A DNA stretch of 64,000 nt from Acidimicrobiales bacterium (GTDB lineage Bacteria; Actinomycetota; Acidimicrobiia; Acidimicrobiales; RAAP-2): NCBI GenBank assembly GCA_017883135.1, contig JADGOE010000008.1, positions 72 to 64,071 on the forward strand, read 5' to 3'. How positions within the stretch are numbered: the first letter of the stretch is position 1; the number at the start of each line of letters is the position of its first letter. Shown piece by piece: positions 42,206 through 50,746 of the stretch. Position numbers and translations under genes: made by a program. The notes under the pieces were generated by a model. That model was not told where the DNA came from and ran no database searches. It saw only the letters and a list, made by a program, of their open reading frames with translations.

Positions 42206-42987
42206 CCGTCGACTACGCCAAGCTCGGCGTCCGACCCGGTGACCGCCTCCTCGATCTGGGGTGCGGCTTCGGTCGTCATGCCTACCAGGCCGCCCGGTTG
42301 GGTGCGGAGGTGGTGGCCTTCGACGCCGGAGCCGAAGAGGTCCGCAAGGTCAAGGACACCTTCGGGGCCATGGCGGTGGCCGGCGAGCTCGATGCCGAGG
42401 CTGCCCGGGTGGGGGAGGTCCGGGGCGATGCTCTCGAACTTCCCTTCGCCGACGGCGCTTTCGATCGCGTGATCGCCTCCGAGGTCCTCGAGCACATCCC
42501 CGAGGACGAGACGGCAATGGGCGAGCTGGCCCGAGTGCTGAGGCCGGGTGGTTCGATGGCGGTGACCGTCCCCCGATGCGGTCCGGAGTTCGTCAACTGG
42601 GCGCTGTCCGACGAATACCACAACGTGCCCGGCGGCCACGTGCGCATCTACCGCCAGAGCGAATTGGTCAACCGGCTGCAGGGGACCGGGCTGCGGGCGG
42701 TCGGCAGCCACCACGCCCACGGACTGCACGCCCCTTACTGGTGGCTCCGGTGCCTGGTGGGGCCGAAGAACGACAGCCACCCCGCCGTTGCCGCCTACCA
42801 CCGTCTGCTGGTGTGGGACATCGAGAAGGCACCCAAATTGACCCGCTACGCCGATCGCGTGCTCAACCCGTTGGTCGGCAAGAGCTTGGTGGTCTACCTG
42901 GTCAAACCCGCAGATGCGGCAGCGGGATCACCGGGGGGGCCTGAAACATCAGAGGAGTCTGGCGCACCACAGGAGGCGGTGGCATGA
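42199..42987 (+). CDS. Class I SAM-dependent methyltransferase
   Basis: 262 aa. Motif I is LLDLGCGFGRHAY and post-I is VVAFDAG. The start overlaps the GT4 stop by 7 nt. Confidence 0.85.
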   Translation: MLTVDYAKLGVRPGDRLLDLGCGFGRHAYQAARLGAEVVAFDAGAEEVRKVKDTFGAMAVAGELDAEAARVGEVRGDALELPFADGAFDRVIASEVLEHIPEDETAMGELARVLRPGGSMAVTVPRCGPEFVNWALSDEYHNVPGGHVRIYRQSELVNRLQGTGLRAVGSHHAHGLHAPYWWLRCLVGPKNDSHPAVAAYHRLLVWDIEKAPKLTRYADRVLNPLVGKSLVVYLVKPADAAAGSPGGPETSEESGAPQEAVA

Positions 42988-44087
42988 GGTCGATCCCCGA
43001 GGTACCCGGCGTGATGACGGCCGACCAGGTGATGGCCACCGCCCGGTCCATCGTGGGGTTGCAGCGACCCGACGGGATGATCCCGTGGTTTCCCGGCGGC
43101 CACTGTGACCCGTGGAACCACGTCGAAGCGGCCATGGCGCTGACCGCAGTGGGTCTGGACGGCGAGGCCGACCTGGCCTATCAGTGGCTCGTCGATACCC
43201 AGCTGCCCGATGGCAGTTGGTTCAACTACTACCTGGCCACCGGCATCAAGGACTCCCGCCTCGACACCAACGTCTGTGCCTACCTGGCCACTGGTGCGTG
43301 GCACCGCTTCATCTCGACCGGCGAGATCGACGGCCTCGAGCAGCTGTGGCCGACCGTCGAGGCCGGCATCGACTTCGTGCTGCGGTGGCAGCGGCTGGAC
43401 GGCTCCATCCGCTGGTCGCTCGACCCGTCGGGCTTCCTCGAGGAGTACGCCCTGCTGACCGGGTCGTCCTCGATCTACCACAGCCTCCGGTGCGCCATCG
43501 CCTGCGCCGAGCGCCTCGGTCACGACAAGCCGGACTGGGAGCTGGCCGCCGGCCGGTTGGCCCACGCCGTGGCCCACGACCCCGATGCCTTCGCTCCCAA
43601 GGTGGAGTTCGCCATGGACTGGTACTACCCGGTGCTGTCCGGTGCGCTCACCGGCGCCGCGGCACGTGGGCGGATCGAGGGCTCGTGGTCGACCTTCGTG
43701 ATGGAGGGCCGCGGCGTACGCTGCGTGTCCACCGGCGAGTGGGTGACTGCAGCAGAGACCGCCGAGTGCGTGCTTGCCCTCGACGCACTGGGCATGGACG
43801 ACGCGGCCATCGAGTTGCTCTCGTGGGTGCAGGCCCTGCGCAACGCGGACGGCTCCTACTGGACGGGCATGGTCTTCCCCGAAGAGGCGACCTACCCTCC
43901 GCTGGAGCGCTCGTCCTACACGGCCGGCGCCATGGTGCTGGCCGCCGATGCCCTGAGCCGGACCACGCGAGCATCGGGCCTCTTCCGCGGCGAGGGGCTG
44001 CCCAGCCACCTCGACCTCACCGAGCCGGCACCGGAGACTCCGGTGGAGCCGGCGGTGCGCGCACCTGGCTCACCCGGCGCCGCCTGA
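42984..44087 (+). CDS. Prenyltransferase/squalene-oxidase-repeat (alpha/alpha-toroid) protein
   Basis: 367 aa with an ATGA overlap on the methyltransferase gene. Repeated Q/R-x-x-DGS-W units (LQRPDGMIPW, TQLPDGSWFNY, WQRLDGSIRW, LRNADGSYW) are typical of terpenoid-cyclase/prenyltransferase beta-subunit repeats. Confidence 0.7.
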   Translation: MRSIPEVPGVMTADQVMATARSIVGLQRPDGMIPWFPGGHCDPWNHVEAAMALTAVGLDGEADLAYQWLVDTQLPDGSWFNYYLATGIKDSRLDTNVCAYLATGAWHRFISTGEIDGLEQLWPTVEAGIDFVLRWQRLDGSIRWSLDPSGFLEEYALLTGSSSIYHSLRCAIACAERLGHDKPDWELAAGRLAHAVAHDPDAFAPKVEFAMDWYYPVLSGALTGAAARGRIEGSWSTFVMEGRGVRCVSTGEWVTAAETAECVLALDALGMDDAAIELLSWVQALRNADGSYWTGMVFPEEATYPPLERSSYTAGAMVLAADALSRTTRASGLFRGEGLPSHLDLTEPAPETPVEPAVRAPGSPGAA

Positions 44088-44098
44088 GCCGAACCCTC

Positions 44099-44146
44099 CT
44101 GGCCCGCGCCCTGGCCCGCGCCCTGGCCCGCGCTCCGGCTCGCGAT
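44099..44146 (+). repeat. 12-nt tandem repeat x3-4 immediately after the toroid-protein stop
   Basis: Units are ctggcccgcgcc, ctggcccgcgcc, ctggcccgcgct and ccggctcgcgat. Confidence 0.7.
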
Positions 44147-44541
44147 CGGGATTCACAGCGGGCTCTACGCTGACGCACGGTTGCGCGTACGGCCCGATCC
44201 GTAGGTTGGGGCCGAAGGAGGCGGGCGGTCCGACCGACGAAGCTGCCCGATCGACCATGGAACAGCTGCTCATCGCACCGCTGGTGCTCATCGCCCTTGC
44301 CATCGCCGCCCTTCCGCTGCTGACCCTGTCCCTCGGCGACCTTCGCCACGGAGGCACGGGTCGCGCGACGCGGCGGAGGCCCGAGCCGACGCGGAGCACC
44401 ACCGTGCCCATCTGGGTGCAGTGGGTCGGTTCCGCTCGAGCGGAGGCCGAAGACCGCGAGCCACGGCGTTGAGGGGCACCTGTCAGGTGTGCGGTCACTA
44501 GCGCAGCCGGTCAAGTAGCCGGTCACGCAGGCGGGCGTACG

Positions 44542-45222
44542 TCAGAGGCGACGCAGGATGCGCAACGACCCGCACTCGCCGTCCTCGACGAACTCCCCCG
44601 AGGCGAGAGCGGCCAGCCAGATGTCATAGGGTGGCCGACCCCCGTCGTCGGGGTTGGCGAAGACATCGTGGATGGCCAACCAGCCTCCTTCGACCACACG
44701 GGGCGCCCAGCCCCTGAAGTCGGCCCAGGCCGGCTCTTCGCCGTGCCCCCCGTCGATGAAGCAGAAGGCCAGAGGCGTCGACCAACGCGAGCTCACCGTG
44801 GGTGAGTCGCCCACGATGCCGACGACACAGGACTCGAGGTCAGCGTCGACAATGGTCCGGCGCCAGTGGGGGAGGGTGTCGATCCGACCGGTCGCCGGAT
44901 CGACCAGCGTGCCGTCGTGGTGCTCCCATCCGGCCTGGTTCTCCTCGGAGCCATGGTGGTGGTCGAGACTGAAGAGGACGGCGCCCGTTTCCTCGGCGGC
45001 CGCACCGATGTACACGGTCGACTTGCCGCACCACGCCCCGATCTCCACGAACGTGGCGTTCCCGACCGACGCGCCGGCGCGCAACGCTGCCAGATAGAGG
45101 GATTCCCCCTCGTCCTCGGGCATGAACCCGGTGGCGGAACTGGCCAGGGCGAAGAGACGGTCCCGCCGTTCTCGCAGCTCCGCGGTGTCGGTGGACGGCA
45201 CAGTGGGAGGCAGATCGTCCAT
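44542..45222 (-). CDS. Class I SAM-dependent methyltransferase (Methyltransf_24/O-methyltransferase-like)
   Basis: 226 aa from the ATG at 45222. FVEIGAWCGKSTVYIGAAA (motif I-like), FCFIDGGH and GGWLAIHDV. The longer ORF N-terminus is unlikely to be real. Confidence 0.75.
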   Translation of the reverse strand: MDDLPPTVPSTDTAELRERRDRLFALASSATGFMPEDEGESLYLAALRAGASVGNATFVEIGAWCGKSTVYIGAAAEETGAVLFSLDHHHGSEENQAGWEHHDGTLVDPATGRIDTLPHWRRTIVDADLESCVVGIVGDSPTVSSRWSTPLAFCFIDGGHGEEPAWADFRGWAPRVVEGGWLAIHDVFANPDDGGRPPYDIWLAALASGEFVEDGECGSLRILRRL

Positions 45223-45394
45223 CGTTCCAGCCTGGCACGGAACCGGCGCCCGGGCACGTCGCGTGCACCCGACCGGATGGTGCCGGTCGGCCTCAGCTCC
45301 TAACGCGCAGCCCTCTGGTCTGCCTGCGTTTACCCCTGCCTGACTTTGGCGAATACGCTGTCGGGAGGCACGAGTGGAGTTGGGGGGTTGCGCC

Positions 45395-46825
45395 ATGGGT
45401 TCGCGGGAGAAGAAGAGGATCGGGATCCTCGTGGTGGCCTACAACGCCGCCGGCACCCTGGCCAAGGTCCTCGACCGGATCCCCCAGGAGATCCGCGGCG
45501 ACATCGAGGAGGTGATCGTCAGCGATGACCACAGCCAGGACTCGACCTACCTGGTCGGCCTCGGCTACCAGCAGGTCTCCGACCTGCCGATCACGCTGAT
45601 CAGGCAGCCCGCGAACCTCGGCTACGGCGGGAACCAGAAGGCCGGCTACGACCTGGCCATCGAGCACGGCCTCGACATCGTGGTCATGCTCCACGGCGAC
45701 GGTCAGTACGCCCCGGAGTCGCTTCCCGACATCGTCGCCCCCCTGCTGGCCGAAGAGGCAGATGCCGTCTTCGGCTCCCGGATCATGGTCAAAGGGGCGG
45801 CCCGGCGGGGGGGCATGCCGCTGTACAAGTACGTCGGGAACCGGGTGCTGTCACGTTTCGAGAATGCCGCCCTCGGCACCAACCTCTCCGAGTTCCACTC
45901 GGGTTACCGCGCCTACTCGGTGGCCGCGCTGAAGCAGATCGCGTTCGCACAGAACTCCGACGGGTTCAACTTCGACACCCAGATCATCATCCAGTTGCAC
46001 GACGCGGGCATGCGCATCGCCGAGGTTCCCATCCCCACCTACTACGGAGACGAGATCTGCTACGTCGAAGGCCTGAGCTACGCGGCCGACGTCACCAAGG
46101 ACGTCGTCGCCTACCGGCTGGGCAAGGCCGGGTTCGGGGACGGCAGCCGGATCGCACTGAGTGAGGAGTACCAGCTCAAGCCCAGCGAGGACAGTTCGCA
46201 CGGCCGGCTCTCGACGCTGCTCGGTTCGCGGCCACCGGCTAAGATCCTCGACCTCGGCTGTTCGGGAGGGCTGCTGGCCGAACGGCTCGCCGACATGGGC
46301 CACCACGTGACCGGCGTCGACGTGACCGAGGTCGCAGGAGTCGGCGAGCGGACCAGTGCGTTCTTCAAGGCCGATCTCAACGATGGCATCCCGCCCGAAG
46401 CCGGCACCGGCTTCGACATCGTGCTCGCCGCCGACGTGCTCGAGCACGTGGTCGACCCGGGCGCCCTCATCCGCGAGACACGCCGGGTGCTGTCACCGGA
46501 GGGCACCGCCTACTTCTGCGTCCCCAACATCGCCCACTGGTACCCGCGGTTCCGCTCGACGTTCGGGATGTTCGACTACGACCAGCGGGGGATCCTCGAC
46601 TCGACCCACCTGCGGTTCTTCACCCGCCGCAGCATTCGAAAGCTGGTCGAACGCAACGGCTTCTCGATCCGCCGTGTCGAGCCGGTGGGCCTGCCCCTCG
46701 ACGCGCTCGGCATCGACGGCGCCAACGCCCGCCTGCTCCGTCTGGTGGACCACCTGGTGTTGACCCTCTGGCCGACGATGTTCGGCTACCAGTTCATCAT
46801 CGAGGCAAAACCGAACCCTGGTTGA
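45395..46825 (+). CDS. Bifunctional glycosyltransferase family 2 / class I SAM methyltransferase fusion
   Basis: GT2 part: GILVVAYNAAGTLAKVLDRI, VIVSDDHSQDST, MLHGDGQY. C-terminal methyltransferase part: ILDLGCSGGLLAERLADMGHHVTGVDV, AADVLEHV. ATG at 45395 (alternative GTG at 45374). Confidence 0.85.
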   Translation: MGSREKKRIGILVVAYNAAGTLAKVLDRIPQEIRGDIEEVIVSDDHSQDSTYLVGLGYQQVSDLPITLIRQPANLGYGGNQKAGYDLAIEHGLDIVVMLHGDGQYAPESLPDIVAPLLAEEADAVFGSRIMVKGAARRGGMPLYKYVGNRVLSRFENAALGTNLSEFHSGYRAYSVAALKQIAFAQNSDGFNFDTQIIIQLHDAGMRIAEVPIPTYYGDEICYVEGLSYAADVTKDVVAYRLGKAGFGDGSRIALSEEYQLKPSEDSSHGRLSTLLGSRPPAKILDLGCSGGLLAERLADMGHHVTGVDVTEVAGVGERTSAFFKADLNDGIPPEAGTGFDIVLAADVLEHVVDPGALIRETRRVLSPEGTAYFCVPNIAHWYPRFRSTFGMFDYDQRGILDSTHLRFFTRRSIRKLVERNGFSIRRVEPVGLPLDALGIDGANARLLRLVDHLVLTLWPTMFGYQFIIEAKPNPG

Positions 46826-46948
46826 GAGTTCCTCCGTGCCTGTCCGGGGACTTGCGGGGACGTCGAACGGGCTCTTGACCACGCTCCATCATTTCGAGCT
46901 CGCGGAGTACCTGGTCGGCTCCGACCCATGTATCGAGCCTGGCGGATC

Positions 46949-47036
46949 GGACAGCAGCGTCCGTTCCCCCATGGCCGTGAGTGCGGGACAAGATTGTCCT
47001 GGTTGACCCGAAGCTCTAGTTCGGACAGTATTGTCC
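46949..47036. promoter_or_regulatory. Three phased GGACA-N4-TGTCC palindromes upstream of hipB (candidate HipB operators) overlapping a TTGACC -35 box
   Basis: ggacagcagcgtcc (46949-46962, one mismatch), ggacaagattgtcc (46986-46999) and ggacagtattgtcc (47023-47036). Their centres are exactly 37 bp apart. TTGACC is at 47003-47008. Confidence 0.6.
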
Positions 47037-47095
47037 GTATCGAAGATCCAGCTCGATGCGATGGCACGGGCTCGGCGTACACGGGAGGCAGGATT

Positions 47096-47338
47096 GTGGA
47101 GAGAACATGGGAGGTGCGGTCCGGACCTGACCTGGGTCGTGCCATCGCCGACATTCGCAAGAGCCGAGGCCAGACCCAGGACGAACTGGCACGAAACGTG
47201 CCGATCGATCCGAACTACCTGTCCAAGATCGAAGCTGGCCGTTCGGTGTCCCTGCTCGAGCAGACACTGCGGGTCCTCCGCCGCCTCGGTGCAAGGATCA
47301 CCGTCACGTTCGACGAGGACGCTGATGGCCAAGCGTGA
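47096..47338 (+). CDS. hipB: XRE-family HTH antitoxin HipB
   Basis: 80 aa from the GTG at 47096, with a gggagg SD upstream. The HTH is RGQTQDELARNVPIDPNYLSKIEAGR. Overlaps hipA by 14 nt. Confidence 0.8.
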   Translation: MERTWEVRSGPDLGRAIADIRKSRGQTQDELARNVPIDPNYLSKIEAGRSVSLLEQTLRVLRRLGARITVTFDEDADGQA

Positions 47339-48545
47339 TCCCCTGGGCGTCTGGCTTCATGGACGACATATTGCCGAGCTCAGGTCATCAGGGCCGGGGA
47401 AGGTGGAGCTCCGGTACACCTCGGAGGCTCTCGACACGTGGCCGAGCAACACCCCCCTGCTCTCGTGCTCGCTTCCACTGGGGACACGACGCCAACAAGC
47501 GGGCTTGTTCTTCCGGGGGCTGCTCCCAGAGGGCCAACATCTGCAGGCGCTCGCAGCACAGGCGAATCTAGCGAGCTACGACACATTCGGCCTGCTCGCC
47601 CGATACGGCAAGGACGTCGCTGGGGCGGCGATCGTCGCCGACGCAACTCCCCGGGAGCGGCCGGGCAGCGTAGCGCCCTACACCCGAGAGGCACTGGAGG
47701 GGGAGGTCGCCGACATCAAGCACCGGCCGCTCGGCATACACGACGACAGCGAACTTTCGTTGGCGGGCCTGCAAGACAAGTTGCTCCTGATCGAACTCGG
47801 CCCTGGTTTGTGGGGGCGCCCGATACATGGGCGTCCGTCCACTCACATCCTCAAGGTCGAGGACCGACGGTATTCGGGAATGGCGGAGATGGAAGCTGCC
47901 TGCCTGCGGATTGCCCGAGCTGCTGGCCTCACGACGATCGATGCAACCACCGAGACCATCGGCAACGTCCCCTGCCTCATCGTGTCCCGCTTCGATCGGC
48001 GAATGGAGAGCGGAACCACCGTACGGATCCACCAGGAAGACGCCTGCCAGGCGCTCGCGCGTGACCCCGAAAAGGAACAAGGGGCCGGAAAGTATGAGCG
48101 GGCAGGAGGGCCCACGCTCCGGGACATCGCCCAGTTGCTGGACCGCTATGCCCGGAACGGGCCAGCCGAGCTGACCCGCTTGGCGAGCATCGTTGCGTTC
48201 ACTGTGCTCATCGGCAACGCAGACGCCCATGGAAAGAACATCGGCCTCGTTCACGCAATGCCCGGGGACGTGCGACTGGCCCCTCTCTACGACACCGTTC
48301 CGACGGCATTGTGGCCCAAGCTCCGCGATCGCGCGGCGATGACGGTCAACGGACAGCAACGGCTAGAGAGCGTCACACTGGACGACATCGCCGCTGAAGC
48401 GCTTCGGTGGCCCTGGGACCCGGACCTGGCGCGTGCAGCTGCCATCAGCACCACCGAAGCCGTTCTTGAGGCGCTCGAGTCAACTGGAGCCCCCGGACAG
48501 TTGGTCGATCTGATCACCTACCGCTCCGCCGCGTTGCTCCCGTGA
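47325..48545 (+). CDS. hipA: HipA-family serine/threonine kinase toxin
   Basis: 406 aa. Couple_hipA-like N-terminus (LGVWLHGRHIAEL), SLAGLQDKLLL (P-loop-like), RFDRR, HQEDACQAL, and the catalytic IGNADAHGKN. Confidence 0.9.
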   Translation: MAKRDPLGVWLHGRHIAELRSSGPGKVELRYTSEALDTWPSNTPLLSCSLPLGTRRQQAGLFFRGLLPEGQHLQALAAQANLASYDTFGLLARYGKDVAGAAIVADATPRERPGSVAPYTREALEGEVADIKHRPLGIHDDSELSLAGLQDKLLLIELGPGLWGRPIHGRPSTHILKVEDRRYSGMAEMEAACLRIARAAGLTTIDATTETIGNVPCLIVSRFDRRMESGTTVRIHQEDACQALARDPEKEQGAGKYERAGGPTLRDIAQLLDRYARNGPAELTRLASIVAFTVLIGNADAHGKNIGLVHAMPGDVRLAPLYDTVPTALWPKLRDRAAMTVNGQQRLESVTLDDIAAEALRWPWDPDLARAAAISTTEAVLEALESTGAPGQLVDLITYRSAALLP

Positions 48546-48635
48546 ATTTCCTTGGCGAGCGAGCTGAGCGAAGGGCGGGCTCCTGAGGTGTGACATCGTT
48601 AGATGTTGCGATCGGCACCGCACCCGGCATGTCGT

Positions 48636-49865
48636 CTACGACGGGTCGCCGCCCCCGGCCACGTGGTCGACCAGTGCCCGGAGCTGCGCTCGGGCCACCG
48701 ACCACTCGTAGCGCTCGAGATACTGCAGCTCGGCCGCGTCGACGATCCGCTTGCGGAGATCCGGGTCGATGAGGAGGCGCTCGCATGCAGCGGCGAAGGC
48801 TTCGGGCTCGTCGGCGAGCAGCAGGTGGACACCGTCTTGCGCGTCGAGTCCTTCGGCCCCCATCGTGGTGGACACCACCGGCACCCGATGGGCGAACGAC
48901 TCGAGGATCTTGAGGCGGGTCCCGCTCCCGTAGCGGATGGGGACGACGGCGATGTCGGCACGAGCGAGCTCGGGCTCCATGTCCGCCACCCGGCCGACCA
49001 CGGTGACCTCGGGGGGACGGTGCAGCCGTTCGACACCCGGCGTGGTCCTGCCCACCAGCCTGATCTCGGCACCGGGGGCCCGGGCCCGAATCCGAGGAGC
49101 GAGCTCCGCTGCCAGCCATGCGGCCGCGTCCACATTGGGGGCGTAGTCGAACGTCCCTTGGAACAGGACGGAGGATGGCTCCCCGACCTCGTTGCGCCCG
49201 ACTGCCCGGGCCGGCCGTTGGTAGGTGTTGACGATCACCTCGGCGTTGGACAGCCCGGAGCGCTCCACGTCCAGGTCGCTGCAGAGCACCACCCGGTCCA
49301 CCTGTCGTGCGACTGATCGTTGGAGTCCGTTCCAATCGCGGGCGTTGAGACGAGCCTGCCCGATGGCCACCGACCGACGGACCCGGCCGGCAATGCCGCC
49401 GCTGGAGGGAGCAGCGCCCATGATGGCCGCGCGTTGTTCCTCTTTTTCGCTCTCGAGGTCGATGAGGTCGATGACGGTGGGTCCCAAGCGGGGCCGGCCC
49501 AGCCACTCGAAGGTCGCGGCGGTGCTGAACCAGACCAGGTCGTATCGTTGCGCCGCCCACGATTCGAATGCCCGACGAGGCGCCTTGTCGGATCGCCGCA
49601 TGATGACCTCCATGGGCACGCCTCGCCGGGCCAGCCAGGCTGCCCGCCACCGGAGCGAGTTGCCTACTTCGGGGTACGGCGTGGTCCCCACCCTCGAAAG
49701 GTTCACGTTCGGTGGCACGGTCCGATCGGGTACGCGCTGGTCGTAGAGGGAGAAGAGATCGACGTCCCCCATCTCGGCCAGGGCCTCGACGGACTTGGCC
49801 AATCGGATCAGGCCCCCGTTGGAAGGCGGCCAGGGGAAGAAGTTGGCGACCGCCAGAATCCTCAT
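48636..49865 (-). CDS. Glycosyltransferase family 4 (GT-B)
   Basis: 409 aa. The N-terminus is MRILAVANFFPWPPSNGGLIRL. The C-terminal GSGTRLKILESFAHRVPVVSTTMGAEG is a GT1/GT4 nucleotide-sugar binding block. Confidence 0.85.
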   Translation of the reverse strand: MRILAVANFFPWPPSNGGLIRLAKSVEALAEMGDVDLFSLYDQRVPDRTVPPNVNLSRVGTTPYPEVGNSLRWRAAWLARRGVPMEVIMRRSDKAPRRAFESWAAQRYDLVWFSTAATFEWLGRPRLGPTVIDLIDLESEKEEQRAAIMGAAPSSGGIAGRVRRSVAIGQARLNARDWNGLQRSVARQVDRVVLCSDLDVERSGLSNAEVIVNTYQRPARAVGRNEVGEPSSVLFQGTFDYAPNVDAAAWLAAELAPRIRARAPGAEIRLVGRTTPGVERLHRPPEVTVVGRVADMEPELARADIAVVPIRYGSGTRLKILESFAHRVPVVSTTMGAEGLDAQDGVHLLLADEPEAFAAACERLLIDPDLRKRIVDAAELQYLERYEWSVARAQLRALVDHVAGGGDPS

Positions 49866-50021
49866 CGGGCGACCGCCGCGCGATCGGCCCGGCCACCGCC
49901 GATGCCGAGCTCAGGGGCGTGTCCAACCAGCGTCACCCTGGGAGGGTAGTCCAGTGCCTGCATCACGGTGCGGCCGGGTCGTCCGTGTCGGGGGCGGTGT
50001 GCCGCAGCGGGCGACCGGCGG

Positions 50022-50636
50022 TCAACCGCGGACCAGGGCGACCAGGGTGTAGACGGCGAACCCGGCCAGCAACAACCCGCCTGCCTTCCGGATGACAGCG
50101 AGTGGCAAGACGCGGAGCAGTGCACGACCGCTGAACGCGCCGACGGCGGCGACGCTTGCCAGGCCGGCGAAGGCGCCGATGAACACCGCAACCGGTGCGT
50201 GGTACTTGGCGGCCAGGTTGGCAGTGAGGATCTGGGTGAGGTCACCGAACTCCCCGATGAAGATGACCACGAAGGCGGTGGCAACCGGCTTGAGGCCCTG
50301 GCGGGCACTGTCGGCCTCCTCTTCGCCCTCGGCCTCTTCGGCCTCCTCTTCGCCCTCGGCCTCTTCGGCCTCCTCGGGGACGAAGAAGAGGTAAGCCGCA
50401 CCTCCGGCGAAGAGCAGCGCGGTGACCGCCTCCACCCACCGGTGGGGGAGCAGCTGCAGTAGCTGGCCGACCGCCACCGCCAAGGCGACATGGATGCCGA
50501 AGGCCATCGTCGCCCCCAGCCACACCAGCAGTGGCCGGTACCGGCTCCCCATGATCAGGGTGGCGATCATCGTCTTGTCCGGCAGCTCCGCCACGATGAT
50601 CAGGAAGAACGTCCCGAAGACGACGCCGAGTTGCAC
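50022..50636 (-). CDS. GDT1/TMEM165 (UPF0016) family cation (Mn2+/Ca2+) transporter
   Basis: 204 aa from the GTG at 50636. Has the two signature E-x-G-D-[KR]-[TS] motifs (ELPDKT and EFGDLTQ) in two 3-TM halves joined by an acidic loop. The rest of the 504-aa ORF is a shadow over pepN. Confidence 0.85.
   Translation of the reverse strand: MQLGVVFGTFFLIIVAELPDKTMIATLIMGSRYRPLLVWLGATMAFGIHVALAVAVGQLLQLLPHRWVEAVTALLFAGGAAYLFFVPEEAEEAEGEEEAEEAEGEEEADSARQGLKPVATAFVVIFIGEFGDLTQILTANLAAKYHAPVAVFIGAFAGLASVAAVGAFSGRALLRVLPLAVIRKAGGLLLAGFAVYTLVALVRG
50313..50375 (-). repeat. In-frame 27-nt tandem repeat (2.3 units) encoding the acidic central loop of the GDT1 protein
   Basis: ggcctcctcttcgccctcggcctcttc occurs twice, followed by a partial ggcctcctc. 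It translates on the minus strand as EEAEEAEGE EEAEEAEGE EEA. Confidence 0.85.
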
Positions 50637-50746
50637 CGCCTCAGGATACGGACTCGACGATGGCCCGTCGGACCACTCCCCCCGCGGCCGGGAGCCACCG
50701 GTTGCGGGTCCCCCATTTTGCGGCACCGCCGCTATGGGTGGCCCCG

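Noticed and set aside
44206-44472. 88-aa ORF (or 71 aa from the ATG at 44257) with one hydrophobic segment (LLIAPLVLIALAIAALPLL)
   Set aside because: There is no recognisable motif and no start codon correctly spaced from the nearby gaaggagg. The C-terminal half is Arg-rich and looks like chance translation. It could be a real small membrane protein, but I cannot support it.
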